DNA of 35,009 nucleotides from a virus (Duplodnaviria; Heunggongvirae; Uroviricota; Caudoviricetes): IMG/VR virus record IMGVR_UViG_3300031857_024897, positions 113,746 to 148,754 of that record; one strand, 5' to 3'. Shown piece by piece: positions 7,615 to 14,796 of this stretch (position 1 is its first letter; each line of letters starts with the position of its first letter). The notes under the pieces were generated by a model. It saw only the letters and a program-made list of their open reading frames with translations, ran no database searches and was not told where the DNA came from. The position numbers and the translations under genes were made by a program.

Positions 7615-8259
7615 ATGGATAAAAAATACTCTGTAGTTGTTTTTAAAAACAAAAAACTAAGAAAAATATTAAAAAGGTTTAAGACTAAAGATGGTGCGAA
7701 TAAATTTTATGAAAAGAAACTATCTGATAGCAATTCTATTATTTTTGATAAAAAAATAGAAAATGGAAGAGCGGTTTATTTTGAATTGGCATTAATTTCA
7801 AATGAAAAAAGTGATGACATTATATATAAATCAGATGACTTAGGTCGAAATATTCCTGTCATATCTGAAAATGACAATTTTTCTATAAAAAAAATTGCTG
7901 ACTTTAAATTAATTGAAAAAATCCAAAAAATAAATAGCCAGGAAAAATTAACTCTAGTCCAAATTGTTAATTCATACCTCAAAGGTAATTCAATTAAATT
8001 AATTTCCAAACTAAATAATAAAATTATTATCCAGGATGATGATTCTTTTATTCTATTTAGCTGTAAATCAAATGATGATGCTGATCGTTTTATTTCTACA
8101 CTTGAAGATTACTTACTAAATACCAATAAAAAAAATGCAATACTAGTACGAGATACTGATATTGCACAAAAAAAATATTTGTATGATATGTTTGAAAAAC
8201 TAGGATATAGTAGAGATATGTTGTATAGAGTATCAACTACTCATTTAAAACAAAAATGA
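7615..8259 (+). CDS. Hypothetical basic protein (214 aa)
   Basis: Long Lys-rich ORF; no motif recognised. Confidence 0.8.
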   Translation: MDKKYSVVVFKNKKLRKILKRFKTKDGANKFYEKKLSDSNSIIFDKKIENGRAVYFELALISNEKSDDIIYKSDDLGRNIPVISENDNFSIKKIADFKLIEKIQKINSQEKLTLVQIVNSYLKGNSIKLISKLNNKIIIQDDDSFILFSCKSNDDADRFISTLEDYLLNTNKKNAILVRDTDIAQKKYLYDMFEKLGYSRDMLYRVSTTHLKQK

Positions 8260-8461
8260 ATTCAATGTTAGATATAACAATTTTAAACATTTTATCTTCA
8301 TTACCAATAACATTGGTAAGTTCATTAATAGTTGAATTAAAATCATCCTTTGACACTTCAAAAACAACTGTTTTATTACCGGTATATAGCTGATCCAGTC
8401 CTTCTGAGATTAAAGCTAATTTACCTAAAATCCCATCAAAACTTTTTTTATCTTTGTCCAT
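8237..8461 (-). CDS. Hypothetical protein (74 aa)
   Basis: Part of an overlapping minus-strand gene chain. Confidence 0.7.
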   Translation of the reverse strand: MDKDKKSFDGILGKLALISEGLDQLYTGNKTVVFEVSKDDFNSTINELTNVIGNEDKMFKIVISNIEFIFVLNE

Positions 8462-8613
8462 AAGGTATGTTGTTTAGGTTCTTCGTCCAAAATTTGTGAT
8501 TTCTTCAATCCAGCCAAAGATTTTGCAAATTCTTGCTTTTCTTTTTCAAGCTCGGCTTGGTCTTTTTGTTTTTCACTGTTCAGCCAGTTCTGTAGTTTCT
8601 GTAATCTGCTCAT
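8425..8613 (-). CDS. Hypothetical coiled-coil protein (62 aa)
   Basis: Overlaps both neighbours in the minus-strand chain; helical charge pattern. Confidence 0.65.
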   Translation of the reverse strand: MSRLQKLQNWLNSEKQKDQAELEKEKQEFAKSLAGLKKSQILDEEPKQHTLWTKIKKVLMGF

Positions 8614-8998
8614 TGTTTATTTTTGTAGTATCTTTCTTTATATCAAAAGTTAGATTGTATAAATCGCTTATTGGGTATTTACTGAAAAAGGTATCCAGCT
8701 CATTTTTTTTCTGCACCAATAACAATTCTTTTGCTTCATTTTCCTTATTATATTGAATAAGACCTTTAATATTGTCAAATTGTGATTCCATTGATAAATC
8801 ATTTAATTCACAAAAAAAAGAAAAAGTCCTGTAGCCTTCAGAAATTTGTTTCTGTTCTGCAACTGTTTCTTTGTCAACAAATTTCTTAATGAGTTTCCAT
8901 TTTTCCGGGAAAGAGACATCTATGCTCAAAAACTTATCCAATTTCCTTATAGAAATTAAATAAGGTAAAATTTGCTCTAAATTTTCATATAATTTCAT
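8573..8998 (-). CDS. Hypothetical protein (141 aa)
   Basis: ATG-started ORF in the minus-strand chain. Confidence 0.75.
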   Translation of the reverse strand: MKLYENLEQILPYLISIRKLDKFLSIDVSFPEKWKLIKKFVDKETVAEQKQISEGYRTFSFFCELNDLSMESQFDNIKGLIQYNKENEAKELLLVQKKNELDTFFSKYPISDLYNLTFDIKKDTTKINNEQITETTELAEQ

Positions 8999-9000
8999 TG

Positions 9001-9180
9001 CTAGTAAATAACGTAGGTTATTATGTATGATAACATCATACCATAGAAAATTAATTCTGTGTTTGTTAACTTAACATGTTTCGCCGGTGTACTAAGTATT
9101 GAAAATATAATGATAGCAAACAATCTTATAATTGCCAATATCGAAAAAACAAGTATGTAAAACAAACAAAGATTAATCAT
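9001..9180 (-). CDS. Small two-TM membrane protein (59 aa), not in ORF track
   Basis: MINLCLFYILVFSILAIIRLFAIIIFSILSTPAKHVKLTNTELIFYGMMLSYIITYVIY; overlaps the upstream stop by 8 nt and ends 2 nt before the next ATG. Confidence 0.78.
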   Translation of the reverse strand: MINLCLFYILVFSILAIIRLFAIIIFSILSTPAKHVKLTNTELIFYGMMLSYIITYVIY

Positions 9181-9355
9181 TTTTATTCTTTCTTTCTTCT
9201 AAGATTGTTTTTCTTAATGCTAACATATCTTCCTTAATTTCAAGGGCAAGCTTCCTAGCTCTGGTTCCAGCACTATCATTACCTTGACTAAACTTACGAA
9301 GTTCCATTGATATAGTCTCAGTTTTAGCTTTTAATTCATTAATAAATTTTTCCAT
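9173..9355 (-). CDS. Histone H1-like protein, Hc1 family (short Bacteroidota type)
   Basis: GNDSAGTRARKLALEIK...LRKTILE matches the family motif GNKAAGTRARK. Confidence 0.85.
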   Translation of the reverse strand: MEKFINELKAKTETISMELRKFSQGNDSAGTRARKLALEIKEDMLALRKTILEERKNKND

Positions 9356-9392
9356 AATTAATTCTATTTAAATTTATGTTTATTGTAAAGAT

Positions 9393-9839
9393 TTATCTTA
9401 TAATATTTTTGTCCAACAATTTATAAAATCTCAAACATAAGTCTAATTCATATTTGGTATGAGGCTTGTAGTGATCAAAAATGCCTGAGAAATACCGAAT
9501 TATTTCATTTTTTAACTTGGCTTCATCATGAGAATAATAAATCTCTAAGAAAAGAGTTTTAAAATATTCATAATGCTCACCTTCTTCTCTGAAATAGATG
9601 TTTTCTTTCTTAAAATTTTGAATGGTATTGTTCCAGCACCATTTAAAATGGTTAATGTTATCGTTTAATGATGTCGTGATCCTTGTCTCAACAGGAACAG
9701 AGGTTCCTCCAAGATATGTTTTTTTTATTAGATTAGTAAGAGAGATTAAAAAATCTAAAAAAAGTTCACTTTTTTCTGGTATTAAGTTATTAACGCTTAA
9801 CCAGGTTTCGATATCTTCTTTAGTTATGTTTTTCGCCAT
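9393..9839 (-). CDS. Hypothetical protein (148 aa)
   Basis: ATG-started ORF directly after a terminator. Confidence 0.78.
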   Translation of the reverse strand: MAKNITKEDIETWLSVNNLIPEKSELFLDFLISLTNLIKKTYLGGTSVPVETRITTSLNDNINHFKWCWNNTIQNFKKENIYFREEGEHYEYFKTLFLEIYYSHDEAKLKNEIIRYFSGIFDHYKPHTKYELDLCLRFYKLLDKNIIR

Positions 9840-9840
9840 T

Positions 9841-9874
9841 TAAAAAAAAATTCCATAGATAAGTCTATGGAATT
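9841..9874 (-). terminator. Intrinsic terminator
   Basis: Minus strand AATTCCATAGA-CTTA-TCTATGGAATT followed by a long T run, about 30 nt after the 9906 stop. Confidence 0.8.
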
Positions 9875-9905
9875 AATATAATAAAAAAAATAATTAAATT
9901 AAATA

Positions 9906-10943
9906 CTATTGTGTTGGTTTTGTGTAATTTGTTAAAACATTAATTCTATTGAACTCTTCATGTAATATTGTCTTTTCAGACTCATTTTTAGATTCTAACT
10001 TAGCTAATATATCCTGAGATGTCTTTTTAGTTTTAGCTTTACCTAAAGCACCCTTAGGCCCTAATTTACTACCAGCATAATCTATAGGTGTAGGATATCT
10101 TTTATATGACGCATTTTTTTGTTCCTGGCCGTAATAGTTGTTTTTATAATTTTTCATCATTCTCTCACCCAATTCACTTTCAACCGCATTTGCATATTTT
10201 TGAGAATTACCTGATTTAGCATCACCTTTTAAATATCTCGCTATTCTCTCATCATCAAAATGTATTTCATCTGGTATTAAATTTGTCATACCAGGATGTG
10301 AAAATGCGTCAACATATTCATCAACAGCATCTGAAGGGATATAGGCTTTCTTATCCATTTTAGCTAATTCACCATTACCCTTTGGAAATCCTTTAGGGTT
10401 TGGATCAAATTTACCTTTAGATCCATCTTTAAGGTACTCATTCATTTTTTTAGCAACATCCTTAATAGCCTGGTTGTTTTCCTGCTTAGATTTTTTTAAA
10501 ACTTTCTCTGTCTCAGCTAAACCTTTTGCTTTTTTTTGCTCAGAAACAATATTATATATCAAAAATCTAAGTTCAGATTCTGTCATTTTCATCGTCTTTT
10601 TCTTTGATTTTTTACCTCTATTTCTAAGCATTTCAAAATCTTCTCGATCTAATTTGTTATTACGATTTAAATCTATCTTATGCTGACGGCCTTTTAATTC
10701 GTCATTTATATTATGTTTTTTATTTTTTGACTTTTTATTCCTTAACCTTTTAAAATCATCCCTATCCAATTTACCATTTTTATTCATGTCTAGCTCCCGC
10801 TGACGGCCATGAAGCTCATCATTAATTATACTATCGTCAGTTTGCTCATTATTTAATCTTTCCTTTAAACGGGAAACTAGAGAGTTTGCTTTATCTTCCA
10901 AAGCCTCATTTATAATTTGTTGTGCTATTCTATCGTATCTCAT
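9906..10943 (-). CDS. E/K-rich protein with two EF-hand-like loops; putative head-internal or scaffold-type protein
   Basis: Loops DMNKNGKLDRDDF and DLNRNNKLDREDF, 39 aa apart; ATG at 10943 (the track start at 10946 is TTG). Confidence 0.75.
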   Translation of the reverse strand: MRYDRIAQQIINEALEDKANSLVSRLKERLNNEQTDDSIINDELHGRQRELDMNKNGKLDRDDFKRLRNKKSKNKKHNINDELKGRQHKIDLNRNNKLDREDFEMLRNRGKKSKKKTMKMTESELRFLIYNIVSEQKKAKGLAETEKVLKKSKQENNQAIKDVAKKMNEYLKDGSKGKFDPNPKGFPKGNGELAKMDKKAYIPSDAVDEYVDAFSHPGMTNLIPDEIHFDDERIARYLKGDAKSGNSQKYANAVESELGERMMKNYKNNYYGQEQKNASYKRYPTPIDYAGSKLGPKGALGKAKTKKTSQDILAKLESKNESEKTILHEEFNRINVLTNYTKPTQ

Positions 10944-10951
10944 CAATTAAT

Positions 10952-10967
10952 TATTTATATATAAATA
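10952..10967 (-). promoter_or_regulatory. Palindromic TATTTATATATAAATA putative phage promoter
   Basis: Perfect 16-bp palindrome; the minus-strand TATTTATA lies 16 nt upstream of the ATG at 10943. Confidence 0.55.
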
Positions 10968-10969
10968 GT

Positions 10970-11530
10970 TTATAGATATATTTTATTCAAATTTTTCTCT
11001 ACTAATTTATACAGTTGAAAAAAATTAATCTGATTTTCTTCTGAAATTCGATTCAAAATATTAACTAATTGTTTTCTTTCTGTTAGTTTTAATGCGTTAA
11101 TATCTCCTTGATTACAGTATGGATATTTTTTACATTTCTTTTTAACCGTAACAAATTTACCCCCAGGATATAAAGGTTTCTTAGCCCCCCTCCAATCTTT
11201 TTTACTGGTAGATTTAGCCCACATTGCCGGTGTTTCATATGAACCAGAGGATGACGCCCCTACAGCTTCTTTCGCTTCAGTTTTTTTCGATTCAAAATTT
11301 ATAGGCGCAGAATATTGGCCAGAACCCCCACTAGCGGTAGCTTCTTTACTTTCTAACTTTTTCTTAGCACAGGCTTTTTTATTCTTAGGATCTTTACAGT
11401 CTAATTTTCTTTCAGATAGATTAGATGTTATTGAGTTATACATTCCGGCTCCCTCAGGCGTGGATAACGCCCCAGAATTAGATATTTTCTCCCTTAACGT
11501 ATCACTAAATGTTTGTAGTAAATTTGACAT
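10970..11530 (-). CDS. Hypothetical protein with internal KEA...SGxYxxP repeats
   Basis: Likely start MSNLLQ at 11530 (TAATG coupling); repeats KEATASGGSGQYSAP and KEAVGASSSGSYETP; CKKYPYC motif. Confidence 0.75.
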   Translation of the reverse strand: MSNLLQTFSDTLREKISNSGALSTPEGAGMYNSITSNLSERKLDCKDPKNKKACAKKKLESKEATASGGSGQYSAPINFESKKTEAKEAVGASSSGSYETPAMWAKSTSKKDWRGAKKPLYPGGKFVTVKKKCKKYPYCNQGDINALKLTERKQLVNILNRISEENQINFFQLYKLVEKNLNKIYL

Positions 11531-11775
11531 TACGCATTTTTTAATCTTGGCTCCCATTGACCTCTATTAGCCCACATTTGGTAGTAGAACTCACGAAAAA
11601 CTTTTATTATGATGTCTTTGACATCCCCCTCCAGTTTCCCATCACGAATTTCTTTTGAGATGGTATCCAAAAGCCTATCCTCATATTGCTTAATAGTATT
11701 CTGCCCTAAGAAATCTTTAACTTCTTTGCGGACGATCACTTCAATATCTTTTATGTCACTATTTGTTAATGCCAT
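11530..11775 (-). CDS. Hypothetical protein (81 aa)
   Basis: Tightly coupled to both neighbours. Confidence 0.78.
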   Translation of the reverse strand: MALTNSDIKDIEVIVRKEVKDFLGQNTIKQYEDRLLDTISKEIRDGKLEGDVKDIIIKVFREFYYQMWANRGQWEPRLKNA

Positions 11776-11776
11776 A

Positions 11777-12181
11777 TTATTTTATAATTAAAATCACAAA
11801 TGTACTAACCACGTTAAAAAAAGCTGAAAGCCGGTACCAAAACATATTCTTTTTTTGTTGCTCTAGCTGATTAAATGCGATTTCATTTATTTCTTTATAC
11901 TGAGCCATTTGTGCCTTATTATTTGTTATAACTTTTAAATAGTTTGTATTAATACTATCCATCATGAATATAACACTATCTTTCAAACCGATAATTTCTT
12001 GCTGAACTAAAATCTTATCTTCATATTTACCTAATATTTTCTCGGTAGAATCTTTCTCGATCAGTTCTTTAATTATTAATTTTGCTGTCTGCTCATTTAT
12101 TTTTATCGTATTCGTATCTGGTTGAGAAAAACATATAAATGTCTGAATTATTAAAACTATCGATAGAATTAATTTTTTCAC
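11777..12181 (-). CDS. Exported coiled-coil protein with C-terminal hydrophobic helix (spanin-like candidate)
   Basis: Signal MKKLILSIVLIIQTFICFS|Q; heptad region; C-terminal MFWYRLSAFFNVVSTFVILIIK. Confidence 0.7.
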   Translation of the reverse strand: MKKLILSIVLIIQTFICFSQPDTNTIKINEQTAKLIIKELIEKDSTEKILGKYEDKILVQQEIIGLKDSVIFMMDSINTNYLKVITNNKAQMAQYKEINEIAFNQLEQQKKNMFWYRLSAFFNVVSTFVILIIK

Positions 12182-12479
12182 TTGTGTTTGTTTTTATTGT
12201 TGATATATCTTTGTTTATTATGTCGATTTTAGAATATGTACTAACAATTTTGTTATTTATCTCTGTAATTTCAGAATTATAAGTTTCAATCTTAGTTAGT
12301 AAGTGCTTGTTCTCAGAATGAATTGAATCCAATTCTGTCTTGATTCTTTTTATTTCATCAGCACTGTCAACACTATCGTTATTCATTTTGCGTAGCAGAT
12401 ACACAGTATATAAAAGGCTCAAAATAACAACAGTATATATTATTATATTTAGCAGATTGCTAGCAGATTTTAATTTCAT
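12093..12479 (-). CDS. N-terminal TM plus periplasmic coiled-coil protein (i-spanin-like topology)
   Basis: NIIIYTVVILSLLYTVYLL followed by a long heptad region; overlaps the next gene by 89 nt. Confidence 0.7.
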   Translation of the reverse strand: MKLKSASNLLNIIIYTVVILSLLYTVYLLRKMNNDSVDSADEIKRIKTELDSIHSENKHLLTKIETYNSEITEINNKIVSTYSKIDIINKDISTIKTNTSEKINSIDSFNNSDIYMFFSTRYEYDKNK

Positions 12480-13090
12480 ACTCCCATATTTTTAGGCGAT
12501 GTTCTTTTTCTAGCAGCAGTTACTTTTGACCACTTAGCTTTAAATTTTTCATAGTAAGATTGTAAGTCATTTATCATACCTAAGAACTCTTCATCAATTT
12601 TGATCATATCTCCATTTATGTAAATTCCATTATTTTCCCCTATCGTAAAATAGAAATCTAAATCAAAATCAATAATCTTACCCCCCCATTCTACATCATT
12701 CTGATAAATATGTAAGGCATCAAAATTAACTAATGATGAAACGTCTTCTATAAATTCATCCATTGTCTCCTGGAACGCAATTTTCTCGTCTGTTGTAAGT
12801 TCCAACTGCGAACGATCAGTTCCATGCATAGTTAATATACCACCAGAAATTCTGTAGGATTGCTGTTTGTCTCCTTTTTTATCTTCAGTATCTTCATCAC
12901 CTTTTTCCTTTTTAAAGCTTTTTTTTATGCTTTTTAAAGGATTAATTCTTTGTCTTAAATCTGAAGAGTCTTGCTCTGTCAATAAGTAATTACTAAGAAT
13001 TTCATTACTTTCGCTTACTCTGTCTTTACCTAATAATCTTTTTGATGCAGATAAAAGACCGCGTATTTCTTCATACCTTGAGTCGCTCAT
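12476..13090 (-). CDS. Hypothetical protein (204 aa)
   Basis: 4-nt overlaps with both neighbours; charged N-terminal region followed by a globular C-terminal region. Confidence 0.8.
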   Translation of the reverse strand: MSDSRYEEIRGLLSASKRLLGKDRVSESNEILSNYLLTEQDSSDLRQRINPLKSIKKSFKKEKGDEDTEDKKGDKQQSYRISGGILTMHGTDRSQLELTTDEKIAFQETMDEFIEDVSSLVNFDALHIYQNDVEWGGKIIDFDLDFYFTIGENNGIYINGDMIKIDEEFLGMINDLQSYYEKFKAKWSKVTAARKRTSPKNMGV

Positions 13091-13680
13091 TTTTCTAATT
13101 GGTTTTTTAAAAATTTAAAATCAAAAGCAGGGCTTAAACTTGTAACTTCCATACTAAAATTACTATACGTTATAACCCCCTCATATTTTTCGGCATAATC
13201 TATTTTTGTATTATGGCCTATAAATTTTTGGTTTATGTTTAAACTATTTGTTACTTCTCTTATGACATCTATGCAAGAATTAATTTGATCTTGTGTGTAT
13301 GGCTGCCAATAAAAGTAGTCACGCCATTTTTTCTCATAAATGTCTCCATTATAAATATCTCCAATCCAATTAACAAATCCTGTTTCTATGGGAATTTTTT
13401 CAAGCCACCCTAAATTTTCTAGAGTTATTATAACAGAGTTTTTATTCATATCCGTTTTTTTAAAAAAATTGGTATATGCATTATCGGGTAATAACTTGTA
13501 TACATCACCATTCCTTGATATAACAAAATTCGGTACCTTATCGTAATCGCCATTATTACGATAAAGTACCGAATTGAGATAATCCGTAATATTCCTGGAG
13601 GTGTGTGTTAATATGATCTGTTTCTTAGTTTTACTCTTTTGGTAATTGTTAGAAACGTAGTTTTCAACGATATTAGCCAT
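13087..13680 (-). CDS. N-acetylmuramoyl-L-alanine amidase (Amidase_2)-fold protein, zinc ligands apparently substituted
   Basis: KQIILTHT, NFVISRNGDVYKLL, NKNSVIITLEN, YTQDQINS, IGHN, SPAFDF. Confidence 0.78.
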   Translation of the reverse strand: MANIVENYVSNNYQKSKTKKQIILTHTSRNITDYLNSVLYRNNGDYDKVPNFVISRNGDVYKLLPDNAYTNFFKKTDMNKNSVIITLENLGWLEKIPIETGFVNWIGDIYNGDIYEKKWRDYFYWQPYTQDQINSCIDVIREVTNSLNINQKFIGHNTKIDYAEKYEGVITYSNFSMEVTSLSPAFDFKFLKNQLEK

Positions 13681-14455
13681 TCCTCCTAGTATAACTTAAA
13701 CGCTTTATTTTTGGTATAAGAGGATCCTCTTTAGGGACCTCTAATTCCTGTTGTGTAACTTCAGGTGTTGTTTCGGATGTATATGGTATATCATCAACTA
13801 CGGATACCTGTTCAGTTTCTGTTGGAGTCGGCTCTGGTGTTGGCTCTGGCGTTGGTTCTGGTTTAATTTCGGGTTCTGTTGGGTTTGGGACTCGTTTCAA
13901 CTCAGATAATTTTTTTTCTAGCTCTTTAATTTTATCAATTAACCCAGATACATCATCGTTTTGTTTTTCTTCAACAACTTCTGCTGGCTCCATTTTACTA
14001 GATCTAAATTTAACCAACATATGTAGGAATGACAACGATATCAAAGGTAGCATTCCACCTGAGAACATAGAAAGTATTCTTTTATGACCAACAATATCTG
14101 TTTTTTCAATATTAAATAACTCCGCAATAGGGGTTATTAGGTCAATCCAGTCTTTAAATTCTTTACTCTCTATATTAATGTATGTGTATGAGTAGAAGAT
14201 ATTTCCTACGAATTGGATTATTGTTACAATAGCAAACGGAAAATATACCTTACTACCCATCTCAGCAGAAATTGCTGCCAAAGCAGCTAAGGCAGCAATT
14301 TCTACAGCAACAGATAAATAGATTGACCAACTAGCCGGATTGGTTACACCATACCAATTTGTGACATGTGATATTGAAACCAAAGCTACCAGGATTATTG
14401 GTACTATGAACGAAAAATATATTATTGATTTAAAATTTCTTTTAATCCAACTCAT
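13673..14455 (-). CDS. Multi-pass membrane protein with coiled-coil and PEPT-repeat tail
   Basis: Three to four hydrophobic helices in the N-terminal 150 aa; tail contains PEPTPEPTPEPTP. Confidence 0.8.
   Translation of the reverse strand: MSWIKRNFKSIIYFSFIVPIILVALVSISHVTNWYGVTNPASWSIYLSVAVEIAALAALAAISAEMGSKVYFPFAIVTIIQFVGNIFYSYTYINIESKEFKDWIDLITPIAELFNIEKTDIVGHKRILSMFSGGMLPLISLSFLHMLVKFRSSKMEPAEVVEEKQNDDVSGLIDKIKELEKKLSELKRVPNPTEPEIKPEPTPEPTPEPTPTETEQVSVVDDIPYTSETTPEVTQQELEVPKEDPLIPKIKRLSYTRRNG
13820..13889 (-). repeat. Pro-Glu-Pro-Thr coding repeat
   Basis: Encodes PNPTEPEIKPEPTPEPTPEPTPT; imperfect 12-bp units. Confidence 0.8.
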
Positions 14456-14457
14456 AA

Positions 14458-14733
14458 TTACTTTAGTTTTTTTAACTCTTCGTCAATCGCGTTTTGACGA
14501 GAAACATCTAGAAGTGTTCTATCTGTTGCTTGGATCATTCTTTTTTCAGATTCAAGGCCCATTATGGTCAATTTTTTATCCAGTTCAACTTTAGTGTAAG
14601 TTGAGTCTTTTATCCTGCCAATATCTTTATTTATTTTAGATATTTGACCTTTCGTCGAACAAACACTAAGCAGTGTCATAATCATAAACGCAAGCACAAT
14701 CTCTGTAAAATAGTTTTTAATGAATTGCCTCAT
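14458..14733 (-). CDS. Membrane-anchored or lipoprotein-like coiled-coil protein (91 aa)
   Basis: IVLAFMIMTLLSVC hydrophobic segment ending in Cys (non-canonical lipobox), followed by a helical region. Confidence 0.7.
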   Translation of the reverse strand: MRQFIKNYFTEIVLAFMIMTLLSVCSTKGQISKINKDIGRIKDSTYTKVELDKKLTIMGLESEKRMIQATDRTLLDVSRQNAIDEELKKLK

Positions 14734-14796
14734 TTTTTTTAAAGTTTTAGTTTAGAAAATTATTAGACTATCACATAAATAGTCTATTTTTTATTT

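Noticed and set aside
14764-14786. TAGACTA-N9-TAGTCTA hairpin as the sigma gene terminator
   Set aside because: Weak AT-rich 7-bp stem with no proper U-tract on the minus strand; it overlaps a TATTTATG motif and may be incidental.
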